Of a stretch of DNA of 64,000 nt, positions 52,295 through 64,000 are shown one piece after another. A program made the translations under genes and the position numbers. How positions within the stretch are numbered: the first letter of the stretch is position 1; the number at the start of each line of letters is the position of its first letter. The stretch comes from Gordius albopunctatus (lineage: Eukaryota), in contig OZ193909.1 of assembly GCA_964276515.1 (NCBI GenBank), positions 12,586,001 through 12,650,000 of the forward strand, read 5' to 3'. The notes beneath the pieces are model-generated. The model ran no database searches, had not been told where the DNA came from, and was given only the letters and a program-made list of their open reading frames with translations.

Positions 52295-52367
52295 AATTTT
52301 ATTAGTAATCAAAGCAAAATTTTATTTATGTAAAATCTCAATATAACGTCAATTCATTCCATTTTAA

Positions 52368-53372
52368 GCAATTATTTTAGACGATATTTTAATTTACGGA
52401 CGTTCTGAAACGTTGGTCAAGGCTGATACGCGAAGGTTCCTATACATGGCAAAATGCTGGAACTTGACCATAAACCGAAACAAATCATCTCTTGAACCCA
52501 AGAAAACTCTTGACTACCTGGGAATCCACGTCAACCTGGAAAATCACACTTTGAAGGTCCATGCTAAGTTTGTCTCCAAGATAGATGCGGCTATTCAGAT
52601 CATCAACCATTTCGTGGACACTGGTACAAAACCGCATCCCCTAGTCACACAAACATGCCTGGGAATTCTTACCCACTACGTATACATGTTGACAGGTTGG
52701 TCGAAGTTTCTATCCCCAGCCTACAACATTTTTCTGGCAAACGAACCCATCGACTTTGATAAAACTTGGCTCACTAGGAAAATTCTCATGGTACAGAACC
52801 ACCTCTCGACACCTTTTTCCATGAAACACTCTCTTAACGGTTTTACAGCCGGCGACGCCTCTACATCCCACATTGGTCTTTTCTATAGAGGTTCCATCCT
52901 CTCAATTACCAAAGGGGATGCACTAGCCATCTTTGGCTGTCACAACCTCATCCCTACAATCAACCTACTGGAGCTCGTATCCATCCCCCTGGCTTACATC
53001 TGGGCGCTAGTCAACACACCGCAAATCACCCCTAAGGTTCTTACGGACTCAAGGACCGCATTCTACAGTATCAAAAAGGGATCAGCACATGCACCACACC
53101 TGGAACTGGCTTTCACCAAAATCTGCAATTCCATGGGCTTGGACCACATGTTACGCATCAAGCAGAACCTAGAGTGGGTCAGCACGGAGCACAACCCTGC
53201 GGACCCCCCGTCACGAGAGAGCTTCTTCAATGATGACCAATTGGGCAGAATTGTTTACTGGACACGCTCGAACTTTTTATATCGAATAAATACCGTAGAT
53301 CTTCCTAAGAAATCTACTATAATTCACCACCCTTTTTCTACATACTTTATCGTTTCTCTCACTCAGTGGTAA
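52368..53372 (+). mobile_element. 5'-truncated reverse transcriptase-RNase H of the DIRS / hepadnavirus-like (HEART-like) lineage
   Basis: Open frame extends upstream of the track to AIILDDILIYG (RT motif C), then LTINRNKSSLEPKKTLDYLGIHVN and QTCLGIL. RNase H acidic motifs GDAS, INLLEL, LTDS, WVSTEHNPADPPSR. Visibly more GC-rich than its flanks. Confidence 0.8.
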
Positions 53373-53669
53373 CCCTTGTCGCTCGCTGATATAAAATTTC
53401 TAGCGTACTCATAATAATGTTTACATATATCACATGCATATTTTTCATGATTATAATGATGTATTTTATGATAAAATAAAACAAGAGTTAGGGGAATATC
53501 CGGTTGGGACTTCCCCTTCTCAACACCCACCATGCCCCCCCCCTTCCCCGCATCAGAAAGAGGGTAAAAAATAAAGGGGGGGGGGGCAAATCTTCACAGA
53601 GTTCTTCGACCATATGCTCAAACAACAATGTGTACATTCAATACTTTTGAAGTGGGCTAGCTGTAAGTG

Positions 53670-53862
53670 TGAGATGGGATGGAAATTATCAGAAGGGGAA
53701 ATATGGAGGGTTTTAGGGTGTGGACTTGGCAACGTGGATTCTGGGGATGCTATTTCCAAGAATGGATTAGCTGGGAAGGTGAGATGGGGTGGAAATTGCC
53801 AGAAGGGGAAATATGGGGGTTTGAGGGTGTGGATTTGGAAAAGTGGGTTTTGGGGAAGCTAG
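53670..53862. repeat. G-rich ~110-bp tandem duplication (2 copies)
   Basis: GAGATGGG(A/G)TGGAAATT..AGAAGGGGAAATATGG..GGGTGTGGA.TTGG..TGGGGA.GCTA at ~53671 and ~53781. Confidence 0.7.
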
Positions 53863-54001
53863 TGGCAGGGGTTGAACTGATATGTGGATTTTTTCATTTA
53901 CAGTATTAAGGCGTTCCTGGCCTACTGGATCTCCTGAATTTATGGACCCTGAGAATAATCATATCCTCCTCACATCCATAGAATAATGTTTCCTTTTTCA
54001 T

Positions 54002-54103
54002 ATCATAAGTTCTTATTATCCCTTGAATACTCATTGAATTAACATCATATGTTCTTATTATCCATGGAATTCTCATTGAATTAACATCATAAGTTCTTAT
54101 TAT
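54002..54103. repeat. 42-bp minisatellite, ~2.5 copies
   Basis: ATCATA(A/T)GTTCTTATTATCC.TGAAT.CTCATTGAATTAAC repeated. Confidence 0.8.
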
Positions 54104-55199
54104 CATCTCCCATTTATTTAAATAAGAAATAATATAATAAAATTAGAAATAATCGACTAAGATCATTTTATTGATACTAAGGCCGGGGTGGGGAACTAGA
54201 GAAAAATATATTATTATTAGGATAACAATGTAAACATATGTTAATTACCAACTCGATTTTGGTTACAATATTAAAATATATAATTATAGCAATAATATAA
54301 TCTCTAGTAGAAAATGATATACAAATATACGTATTCACATATACAACATCATATATGACAAATACTTTTCATTATGACGTCACAATGGGAAATGTTTCCA
54401 ATCAGTGACGTCATGATACATCTATTTTTATTTTCTTAATTAAAAGTTCATTACCTAAATCTAAATACAGCATATATGATAACAATACAAACAAATTGAT
54501 ATATTTGCATGCTCAACCCAAAACGACCAAGACCAAACCAAAAGGTTAAATATATTATCCACCCAAACTCTTTAGGTGTTTAATACACCCAAACCTAAAC
54601 GCCAAAGGTGGCCCACAAAAATTCACCCAAAACGCTTTGGGTGTTTTTTACGAAAACGCCAAACGCCAAAGCCCTCCCAAGAAAATTCACCTAACACTGA
54701 TAGGGTTGGGTGAAAAAAAACGCCAACAACTAAGCTTAGCAATACGCTGGGAAAAACCAGCCAGCCGTTTTTACAACACTACAATAGACTGCCGAACAGC
54801 TGATCTTTGCATTGAAATTTATTTAGCAACTCAGGCCGCCATTACTTTAACCCACCAATATGCGCACTTGTGAAATAAAAAATTCCACAAGAGTTTAAAA
54901 GGAAAAAAATGGAGAGACATCATTCCATGTGTAATTTAAATTTAATTTTGTTATATTTAGTCTATGTAATTTTTTTTATAGATTTCATAAAAAAATCCTA
55001 AAATTTTAAAAAAATGGCTATTAATTCTGAATCTCTGTACGAACTTTAAATTTGGATCAAGTAATAAAGTTATTTATGTTTATTTTAATAACTCATCTTT
55101 ATATTCTTGGTTTTTAATAAATACTTTGTTTTGGTTTTACATAATTTAAATGAACTTCAAGTTTAATGATTATTTTTATTTTTTACTTTGATTTATGTT

Positions 55200-57478
55200 A
55201 TGTTTGTACGTTATGTTATGTTATAATATTTGATATACACATTATTATTAATAACCTTTATATTGATAGACACATTATTATTAATATCGTTTAGTTCTAT
55301 ATACCTAGTGCACAGGTTTTGATGTTGACATCAGAGGTTGTAATTGATTATGCAATTGGATTGGTATCACAAATTAGAATAAACCATTATTAGTTTCTTT
55401 TCAGTGGCGACGAGGATAAAAGAACAAGTATATAAATAAATTATATTAGGCAACATTTAAATATGGAGGAACCCAAATTATCTAAAATCCATTTATCTTA
55501 ATTTAATCCGGAGTTACATTCCATAGAGGATTACATATTCGACTTGGAAGCTATGTTTGAAATCAAAGGAATCGAGGCTACTCACACAAACAAGAAAAAG
55601 GTTTTGCTTGCCTTTATAGGTCTAGGAACTATTAAAGAACTCAGGCAATTATTATATCCCACTTCACTGAAAGATGCCAAGTGGAAAGATATTGAGAAGA
55701 TATTATATCAACAACCCCCCAAACAGTTTTTGCTTCCAGATTTGAACTTTTGAACATTACTAGACAAAACGGAGAAACCATATTAGAATCGATAAGAAGA
55801 ATAAAGACATGTATTAGCAAGTGCAACTACAAGTCGGATATTGACGAACGTTGCCGAGACCATTTCGTATATGCATGCAAATTGAAAAAGGTTGGAATTG
55901 GAACTAAGGAGCAAATATCCTGACACATTGGACGAGAATGGAAACCCTTTACCTTTGGATAGAGTGATTAATATGGCAATTACCATGGAGAGGGCGGAGA
56001 TGGAAACACACGAAGGAAAAGATGAAATGCTCCATAAAATGACGGAAACGGAAAAACATGAACGAAAAGAGGAAATGCTCCATAAAATAAAAAATCAAAC
56101 CTCCACTCATATTCGACAGCCCCATCAGACAAAGAAAGGATACGGTAAAACCTTAAATTGCTATAGATGCCAAAAAGAGCATCCAAGAAATCGTTGCCCA
56201 GCATTCAATGCGGTGTGCTACAAATGCAACAAGAAAGGACACTTTGCCGTATGCTGTCATAGCACCATAAATCGTGTCCTCGATTATGAATCATCTGATT
56301 CTATAAAGTGTCTTGGACAACGGGCTAAGCGAGTCACAATTACAGTTAAGTTGAATGGACATTCCATTCTAATGGATTATGATACGGGGGCCCAAACCTC
56401 GGTAATTAATGCTAGTGTATGGCAACTGTTTGGAAAACCGAAGCTACACGATTGTGCGATTTCAAAGGCTTATGGTAATCAACCAGTAGAAATATTTGGA
56501 AAAACATATATGGTAGTCGAAATGGGAAACATTTCACATTACCTATCGGCTGTTGTTGCAAAATCGGATGAGGTACCATTATTTGGGTTGCCGTGGATAG
56601 TGAAATTCGGATTACAAATACCGAGGGAAGTCAAAATACATAAGATCGGCGAAAAATTCCCGCAGAACGTAGCCTTAATTAACCTTGACAACGAATTTCC
56701 ATTGGTGTTTAACGATACTCCGACTCAAGTAAAGGGATTTTCCGTAAAAATCATATTACTAGATGATGCAAAACCAATTGCGATTCCGACAAGAAGGATT
56801 CCCTTTCCCTTACGCAAGTCAGTCGAGCTGGAACTTAGCAGGTTAATGCATGCAGGTATTATAGAAAAGGTAGATCCGGGGGTTAGCAAAATTACACGGA
56901 GCACTCCTATAGTAAATGTAAGTGAGAAAAATGGTGAAATAAGAATTTGCGCGGATTTCAAGGTAACTTTAAATCCTTTCATTCATAATGATCATCATAT
57001 CATTCCAACTTTTGACGATATCGCAGCAAAAATTCGAGATGGATACCTATATACCAAGATCGACATGCGAGATGCATATTTGCAGCTACCAATAGCTGAA
57101 GAATGTCAGGAACTACTAACTATTTCAACACACATTGGTTTTTTTAGGTACAAACGGATGCCATTTGGGTTATCTTGTGCGCCTTTGATTTTTCAAAGAT
57201 ACATGGAAAGTGTATTGAGTGATTGCAATCAAACGGGCATTTATTTAGATGATATCATTATCACCGGCAAAAACTACCAGGATCATGTATACAATGTAAA
57301 AAAGGTGCTTAGTAAATTACAATCGGTGGGTATGAAGGCGCAATTTTCTAAGGTCGAAGTTTTAAAAGAATCTATAACCTTTCTTGGGCATACTTTTGAC
57401 GGTAATGGTATTCATCCTTCTACGGATAAAGTGCGAGCTATTCAAAATAGCCCCTCTCCAAAGAATGTTAAAGAATTT
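55200..57478 (+). mobile_element. Ty3/Gypsy (Mag clade-like) LTR retrotransposon 5' part: LTR end, PBS, gag, protease, RT
   Basis: LTR ends in CA at 55403. PBS TGGCGACGAGGAT at 55405-55417, complementary to the tRNA-Ser(GCT) 3' end. Gag from ~55463 has a stop and frameshifts. Twin knuckles CYRCQKEHPRNRC and CYKCNKKGHFAVC, protease DTGA, RT KRMPFGL and YLDD. Truncated by an RTE; LTR start approximate. Confidence 0.9.
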
Positions 57479-59009
57479 GGTGGTCCAGAGTTAGAGTGAT
57501 GCCATCTTTGCTCTTTATGGTTTTCACGTTTACCACATCCTTTGAGTTCCTAGCCCTGGTCTTTACGATTTTTTAGATCATTCTTTCTCTTTCTTTACTG
57601 GTTAACTTGGCAAATTCTCGTAGACCCCTGTTTAGCCTTGGCTACACAACGTTTTGCCTCATTTTTAGCTTTTGCCTGACGATAATTTGTAAAGCTTTTT
57701 TTTCAATTTGATCAGGCGTTGCACCTCTTCGTTCCACCACCATGTCTCCTCATCTTTTTTTATACCTGGTTTGCCTTCTCCTAGAACACACCTCGCTACT
57801 GATCGTACCGTGTTAGCTATGTTATTCCACATATCGTTAGCATTCTGCTGATCATCTATTTGCAGTCGTTCAACTATTTGATCATTGTAAATAATTTTCA
57901 ATTTTGGCAGTTGGAACCATTTGATTTTCCCATTTAACCTCTTCGGCTGTAGTGTTTTCGCCTTAGAGATGGTATAGTCCATCACAAAAAGTCTATGCTG
58001 GGCTGCAATAGCCTCTCCTGCTATCACCTTACAATCTCGTACATTCTTTAATTCCTTTCTTGAGAATAGGAGATAGTCAATCTGCGAAGATCGATCGATT
58101 TCCACTTTTGTACGTTATTAGGTGATTTACATTCTTTTTTAAGAAGGTATTTGTGATGGCCAAATCAAATGCTACGGCTATTTTCAATATTTTGTCATCT
58201 TCATCGTTTCTCGCTCCGTATCCATTTCCACCATGGTACCGTTCAAATCCTTGTCTTGTTTTGCCTACGTGACCATTCATATCCGCTTCAATTATAACTA
58301 TATCAGCTCTGGGTATCATTCGCAGCGTTTCGTCTAATTCTTCCTGAAAGTCCTTTTATTCATCTGTAAATCCTGTTTGCGGAGCATATCCGGAAAGTAC
58401 ATTAATCATTTGACCTTCTATGCATAGTTTCAACATCATGAGTCGCCCACTTTTTCTTTGTACCTCAATGACTTTATCTTGGAGATGTGAGGCTAGTATG
58501 ATTGTCACACCATTTTTATTCGTTTCTAGGCCATTGAAGTAAAGTTTATAGCCTTCACCTATCATCCTTGCTTTTGCGCCTTTTCATCTTGTTTCCTGTA
58601 TACACGCTATATCGACCCGTCGCTTGCTGAGAGTGTCCGCAACTTCTCGGCATTTTGCAGTAATCGTTCAAACATTTAGCGAGCCCACTCTCAATCTCGT
58701 CCTTAGCAAACTAGTTTCTTTAACTACATCCGTTTGCGGAAGATGTAGTGACCCTCGTTGACTTTTCACATATGCGGGTGCCTACCATGCGCGTCGTTTA
58801 CGGAGGACGCCCTAGCGCCTTCATTACTTTCATTATTACGAACTTTCATAGCACTTGGATCAGGGGTGACGCTCGGCTATCCAGGCCTGACAGCCGTGTT
58901 GACGATTTGAGATATTTTTAAAATTTTGGAAATAAATGCCGGAGGTGGAATCGAACCGACAACCTTGCGCTTCAAAGTCTAAACTTATACTACTACAACA
59001 TCACGCCCC
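57478..59009 (-). mobile_element. RTE LINE 5' half (endonuclease pseudogene) with a tRNA-like head at 58930-59009
   Basis: GYKLYFNG, YAPQTG, DMNGHVG, SQIDYLL, QHRLFV, ETWWWNEEVQ. 5' UTR homologous to 25800-25960. 58855-59009 is homologous to the SINE at 14944-15093. Confidence 0.88.
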
Positions 59010-60409
59010 TTGTTAAGTAACTATTTACATTTAAAAAAAAATTAATTTAATTTACATTACTTTAATTACACGGGAATGGACTGTAGTTGGTTATATATTA
59101 TATTAGTAACTGTTCAATAAAGTAACAGTTAACTAACTTCTATATCTCTAGCAATCAATTGTGATTGTCACACATAAAATTTAATAACATCTAGCGACCA
59201 AAAATTGCGAAATTTCAAAAAAGAGGACTTTGCCTACATCTTCAGAGCTGATCCACCCATGCTTTTAAACTAATTAAAAATTATTTAGGGTCTCATGCGC
59301 TGTACCCACTAGATGGAATAGCTTATTTAACTAGTTAAAAAGTACATTAAATATAATCTTGCTAAAGTCGCCACAATTTGATTCGCTATGTTATGCATTA
59401 AATTTAGGGAGATTTCTTAACCGTGATTGCAACTTTATCCTAGAGTAGAGCAAAGTTAATTTTGATTAATATCTAATTTTTTTAACGATAGCGTACTCTT
59501 GTAATAAAATAAATGAATTGTTTTTATAATAAAGAGATAAATTTTTAGAGGGTGAAGAATACATGTATTTAGCACATTATACATTACGATTTTTTAATTT
59601 TAATTTATTTGGAAATTATTAATCTAAACTGGTGTCAATATTTGAAAGAGGATATAATTGGAGGAAGTTATAAAAGATAAAAATATATACCCATCATTTA
59701 TTTTAAAATAAATTTAATTTTTCTATTTATGTGGCAAAAATTTTGATAGCCACAAATTTCCATTTGATTCTTAAATTGGAGCTAAAAATTACTAGGTAAA
59801 TACAAAAGAAAAATAAAATGAACACTGTAAATCAAATAGATTCATTGATTTTTCTTCAGGGCAAAAAGTCAAGAAGATTAGCATAAATTTTTCCATAATT
59901 ACGAAATTTTAAATATCTCATGAATGCTGTCGAGCCAATTATGTCTATGTAGATTTATAATTAGCGAAAAGCGCACAATTATAAGATAATCTTGAATTTA
60001 ATTTCATATTGAAATCGAATCATCCATTAAATAAGGGCTTACAGTTTTTAGACAAAAATTTGAATAAATTATATTAATATATTTTGTTTATTAAATCACG
60101 GAAAACTTTAATTGAGTACCCATGAATGTAGCTAGTATTTGTAGGGAAGTAACTGGAGCTTTATTCCTACATCTAAAAAAAATAAAACTGTAATCGTAAT
60201 AGTTTTATATTTAGGAGCTTTGACATAACTAGTTCCTGTGAAAAATTGGAATTTTGATTTGCAATGGACAAAAAATAAGAATATACAAAAGAAATTGGGT
60301 GAAATCTGAAATGTTTTATATTCCCGATACAATATTATATTTATACATATCTAAATTAAAACAATAGATTTTGTATTTTGCCCTTTTTTCAGTTGTTTTT
60401 ATTACTCTA

Positions 60410-62339
60410 CTAGCTGAGCCCGACCAAGCGTTGCTTTGGCTTAGTCCCTAATTAGTTAAATTCGTACAAATTAATTTTTAAGAGAGTTTATGATGTGAAA
60501 AAATATAATGCTATATTATGTAAATATATATTTTATAGTTTAATAATAGAAAAGGCATATTTATTAATGATTTAATAGATTTACACACGGTTTGAATATT
60601 TATTAGGTATTTTATAATTTTATAGGTTAAAAAGTGCGATGTTTAGTTATAATATGCATAATTGGGTCTGGGTGACAAAAAATTATAAACCCCTGGTATA
60701 AAAGTCACTGATAATGTTCGACAATGTAGAAAAAATTAAGCAACTATTTACAAACAATTAACATTGATCTATCACATCACATGCAATGTAAGCCGCCCAA
60801 AATGCTATTTTCTTTTGGATTTTGTTTTAGCTGAATTAGATGAACGATTCATTAAAAACCAACAAATAAGTCATCATACCCTAAAATCTAGAGTATCTAA
60901 ATGAAGATATTAGAAAACCATTAGGCGACGCCATGTTATTATTCCCCCCACTATTACCGTCGTTGTATGTCCTTGTTATTGTTACAATGCTATAAAATTT
61001 GCTGGAAAAAAGAACGGCATGTGTTGCGCGTCTGGAAAAGTTAAACTACCTATACTTGGAGAAACCCCCAGTCATTAAAATTTCTCCTTGCTGGTTATAG
61101 TGCAGATTCTAGACATTTATCTAACATTAGAAATACAACTCCAGCTTCCAAATAACATCGTTTGGCGCAGATATTATTACAACAGAATTCATGCCAACCT
61201 TTAAAGTAAAAGGCCAAATTTACCACAAAGCCGGGTCTATCCTTCCAATACCAGATAAGCAACATAATTTCTTACAAATATACTTTATCGGGGATAATGA
61301 GATTGAATTAAATGCACGCCTTGGAATTTCTACTGGTGTAAAAAGGTCTATCGTTTTACAACTTCAGACGCTTCTTCATGCTAAAAACAATTTAGTGCGC
61401 ATTTTAAATATGATTTTCTTCGTGCTCTCGAAGCATTATTCTGTATGAATAATAGCTTATATAACTTCATTTAAAGTTTGTCGGTTGAGCATTGTCTGCA
61501 TTTATCAACTTACAGTTAAAGTAATCTTTATATAATTTTAATATTAATAACCGAACTTCATAAAAATAGCAAAAAAGCGAAAGTTTTACCAGTTCCTCCT
61601 CAAGCATCTAAGAAGAAGACTTCTCCTTAACCTTTATTAACAGCAAGCAACATCTTATTGTAAAGGGGGGGGGGGTGCGAAAATGTTTTATGTTCAATTA
61701 GGATAAAGAGGTGAGGCAAAATAAAATTTTTTGAATTTTTAAGTGTTTTTGCATTGAATTTTTTTTGTCATTCAAGGGGGGTGGCATAAACCCAAGGGCT
61801 ATCTACCTAGACTATTGCGTTACGCAGTTGAATGGTTGCCACGCTACCACCATCCTCTGTTGATCTTATTTTTTATAAAGGATACCCATCACTGCCCGTA
61901 ATCTAACTAATGTAGAGCAGACGTCCCGATTCCATTTTGGCTCACATATTACATTGATGGAATAGTTGGCGGCATTTTAAAATGATTTTATTCGTGCTCT
62001 CGAAGCATTATTCTGCATGAGTAATCATATAACTCCATTTCAAGTTCGTAGTTGAGTAAAAAATTGAGACAAAAGTGTCAAGCAATCGTGGAAAAAATTT
62101 TAGGGCAATTAGTAGCACCATAACGATAAATAAGTATAAAAAACGTAGTATAAATAATCCGCTAGATGGCGGTATAGACTACCAAAAAACATGGTTCCCG
62201 CAGTCGCAGGTTGATAAAAAGTATCTATAAACCATCTACAATGCTAAGGCAATAATCTGGCCTTTTTGGTGGCAATCGGTTAAGAACCCTAAAAATTATT
62301 AGCGTTCAAAAAAAGGGACTTAGATTTTTATAATATAGA
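60410..62339 (-). mobile_element. Helitron with both termini, carrying an inverted RepHel N-terminal fragment (~60960-61410 on plus)
   Basis: 5' TCTATATTA at 62339 and 3' hairpin + CTAG|T at 60410. The plus strand encodes CCASGKVKLP, YNSSFQITSFGA and PTFKVKGQIYHKAGSILP..FLQIYF. Confidence 0.8.
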
Positions 62340-64000
62340 CTAGCTGTGTCCGGCCAAGCATTGCTTTGGCTTAGTACTTATTTGGCTAAATAATTGGTAC
62401 CTATCAATAGAAAATATATGAAAGAATTTATAATGTGAAAGGTCCTAATGCTAATGCAAATAAATATCCATAATATTTATTGAAGAGCGATATAAAATAT
62501 TTATTAATACATCTAAAATGCTAAGGCAATAATCTGGCCAAATTAAAGTTATTAGCGCACAAAAAAACGGGGATCCGTGGTATGAGGACATCTTCTCCAG
62601 TGAAAGGTCCAGTCAAAATCTAATAAAAAGGGGAGAAATGCTAAAAGAAATATAAAATTATAGATTTAAAAGGTGATTATAAGCGAGTAAAATCAATAGG
62701 CTTTAATGGTAATTGCTAAAAGTTATGAGTGGATAAATAGAAATAATACTAACTTTAATTATTCATGCAGAAAAGTAGTGAGGCGTTATAAAGAGGGTTG
62801 TAGGTTCGGATAAGAGATGCTTCGCAGCTTAACTTCTTCCTTAGAAAGGAAGAAATTGCTATAATGCTTGGGGATAGACAATATTTTTGGTCATGTTATT
62901 ATCTGTGTAGATATACAAATTTTGTGGATTGCCGACGCGCGAACATGCAACATATAAGTGTCCATGTGAAAAACAATCTGTTTCTAAATCTATACCACAA
63001 ATTTCTAGAGACTGGCCTTGAGCTTTGTTAATGGTAATAGCAAATGCGAGTTTAAAAGGAAATTCCAATCTTTTGAATTCAAATGGTAAATCTGTTGGAA
63101 TCAAAGGGATCCGTGGTATGAGGACATCTTCTGCAGTGAAAGGTCCAGTCAAAATCGTGGCCTCAACAACGTTGCACATTAAGCGTTTAATAGCAAGACG
63201 TGTGCCGCTGCAAAGTTTTGGCTGATTAACATTGCGCAACATCCTAATCGGTACGCCAATTTTCAAATGCAAAACGTGTGGTGGTATGCCTGGGAGATCT
63301 AGCGAATTTAAAAATTCGAGCGGATAATTAACAGCGTCATCAGCAGTAACAACAGTGTCAACGGATTTGTAGGTAACTGGAGTGCCGTCAATTGTAGACA
63401 GAATGAGATTGTTAAGTTCTTGGACGTCTTTATTCTTTGGGGCAAGAATAGCCCGTTGACGGAGCCATATTCGATCCTGATAATGGGTGTTAATATTTGG
63501 AAAAACTTTTTCTACCAAAGCTGTTTTGGACGACACAAAATGGCAGAAGTTGGTAGGAAATGAAATCCGTCCTGTGTTTATATCGACGGGCACGGTTCCG
63601 TTTCCAATTTCTAGCAATTGATGGGAGAATAACTCACATGCTTGCTCATTTTGTAACATTACACGCATATTAGTAGTTAAATTTAAGGTTTTGACATAAG
63701 GCCATAAAATAGAATATTTTAGGCGAGCATTGAGCTCATCAGCAGGGGTTGATCAAGGAAGCACTGGTAAAGTTTGCCTGAAATCTTCTGCAAGCAATAA
63801 AAATGCGCCACCAAATGGTCTGGAATCTCGCCGCAAATCTTGCAAAGAACGATCTAGAGCTTCGAGCGATTTTTTATGGGCCATTGTGCATTCATCCCAA
63901 AAGATAAGTTTGCACCTTTCTATTACTTTAGCCATTCCAGATGCTCGGGAAATGTTGCACATGGGAGTTTCGCTATAATGAATGTTTGAAGGCAATTTTA
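62340..64000 (-). mobile_element. Helitron 3' part with PIF1-type helicase (frameshifted), running off the window
   Basis: IFWDECTM, EDFRQTLPV, RAILAPKN, FAITINKAQGQS, YVACSRV, stop at 62859. 3' hairpin + CTAG at 62340-62343. Confidence 0.92.

Noticed and set aside
52850..53220. BEL/Pao RNase H (also has DAS, LEL, TDS, NPAD motifs)
   Set aside because: The upstream RT/thumb region (LDDILI, INxxKSxLxP, YLGI) is DIRS/hepadna-like and lacks the Pao KR..LS...FDPLG signature.
54002..54103. CRISPR-like repeat-spacer pattern
   Set aside because: The 'spacers' are near-identical, the context is eukaryotic and there are no cas genes. It is a minisatellite.

Overview
AT-rich eukaryotic (metazoan, probably invertebrate) scaffold with two 200-N gaps (41055-41254, 45742-45941). 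Three intron-containing housekeeping genes can be read: GTF3C1/TFIIIC subunit 1 (minus, ~4.7-23.6 kb), PSMD10/gankyrin (minus, five exons, last exon separated by an ~18 kb intron) and MRPL58/ICT1 (plus, seven exons, nested antisense in that intron). The rest is mostly transposon debris: hAT elements and MITEs with TSDs, three Mutator (MULE) transposase relics (one a 2.9 kb-arm foldback palindrome), RTE LINE fragments, a tRNA-derived SINE, a Mag-clade Gypsy element, Helitrons and Penelope-like relics. Most unusual: (1) a structured ~367-nt hammerhead-ribozyme unit preceded by an inverted copy of its own end-to-start junction (retrozyme/circRNA-like); (2) an uninterrupted DIRS/hepadnavirus-lineage (HEART-like) RT-RNase H frame head-to-head with PSMD10; (3) a tRNA-headed RTE LINE together with the SINE that looks like its internal-deletion derivative; (4) a 5'-to-3' polarity of intron size and CpG content shared by all three host genes. 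All calls come from reading the sequence by eye and recalled family motifs; no searches were run.
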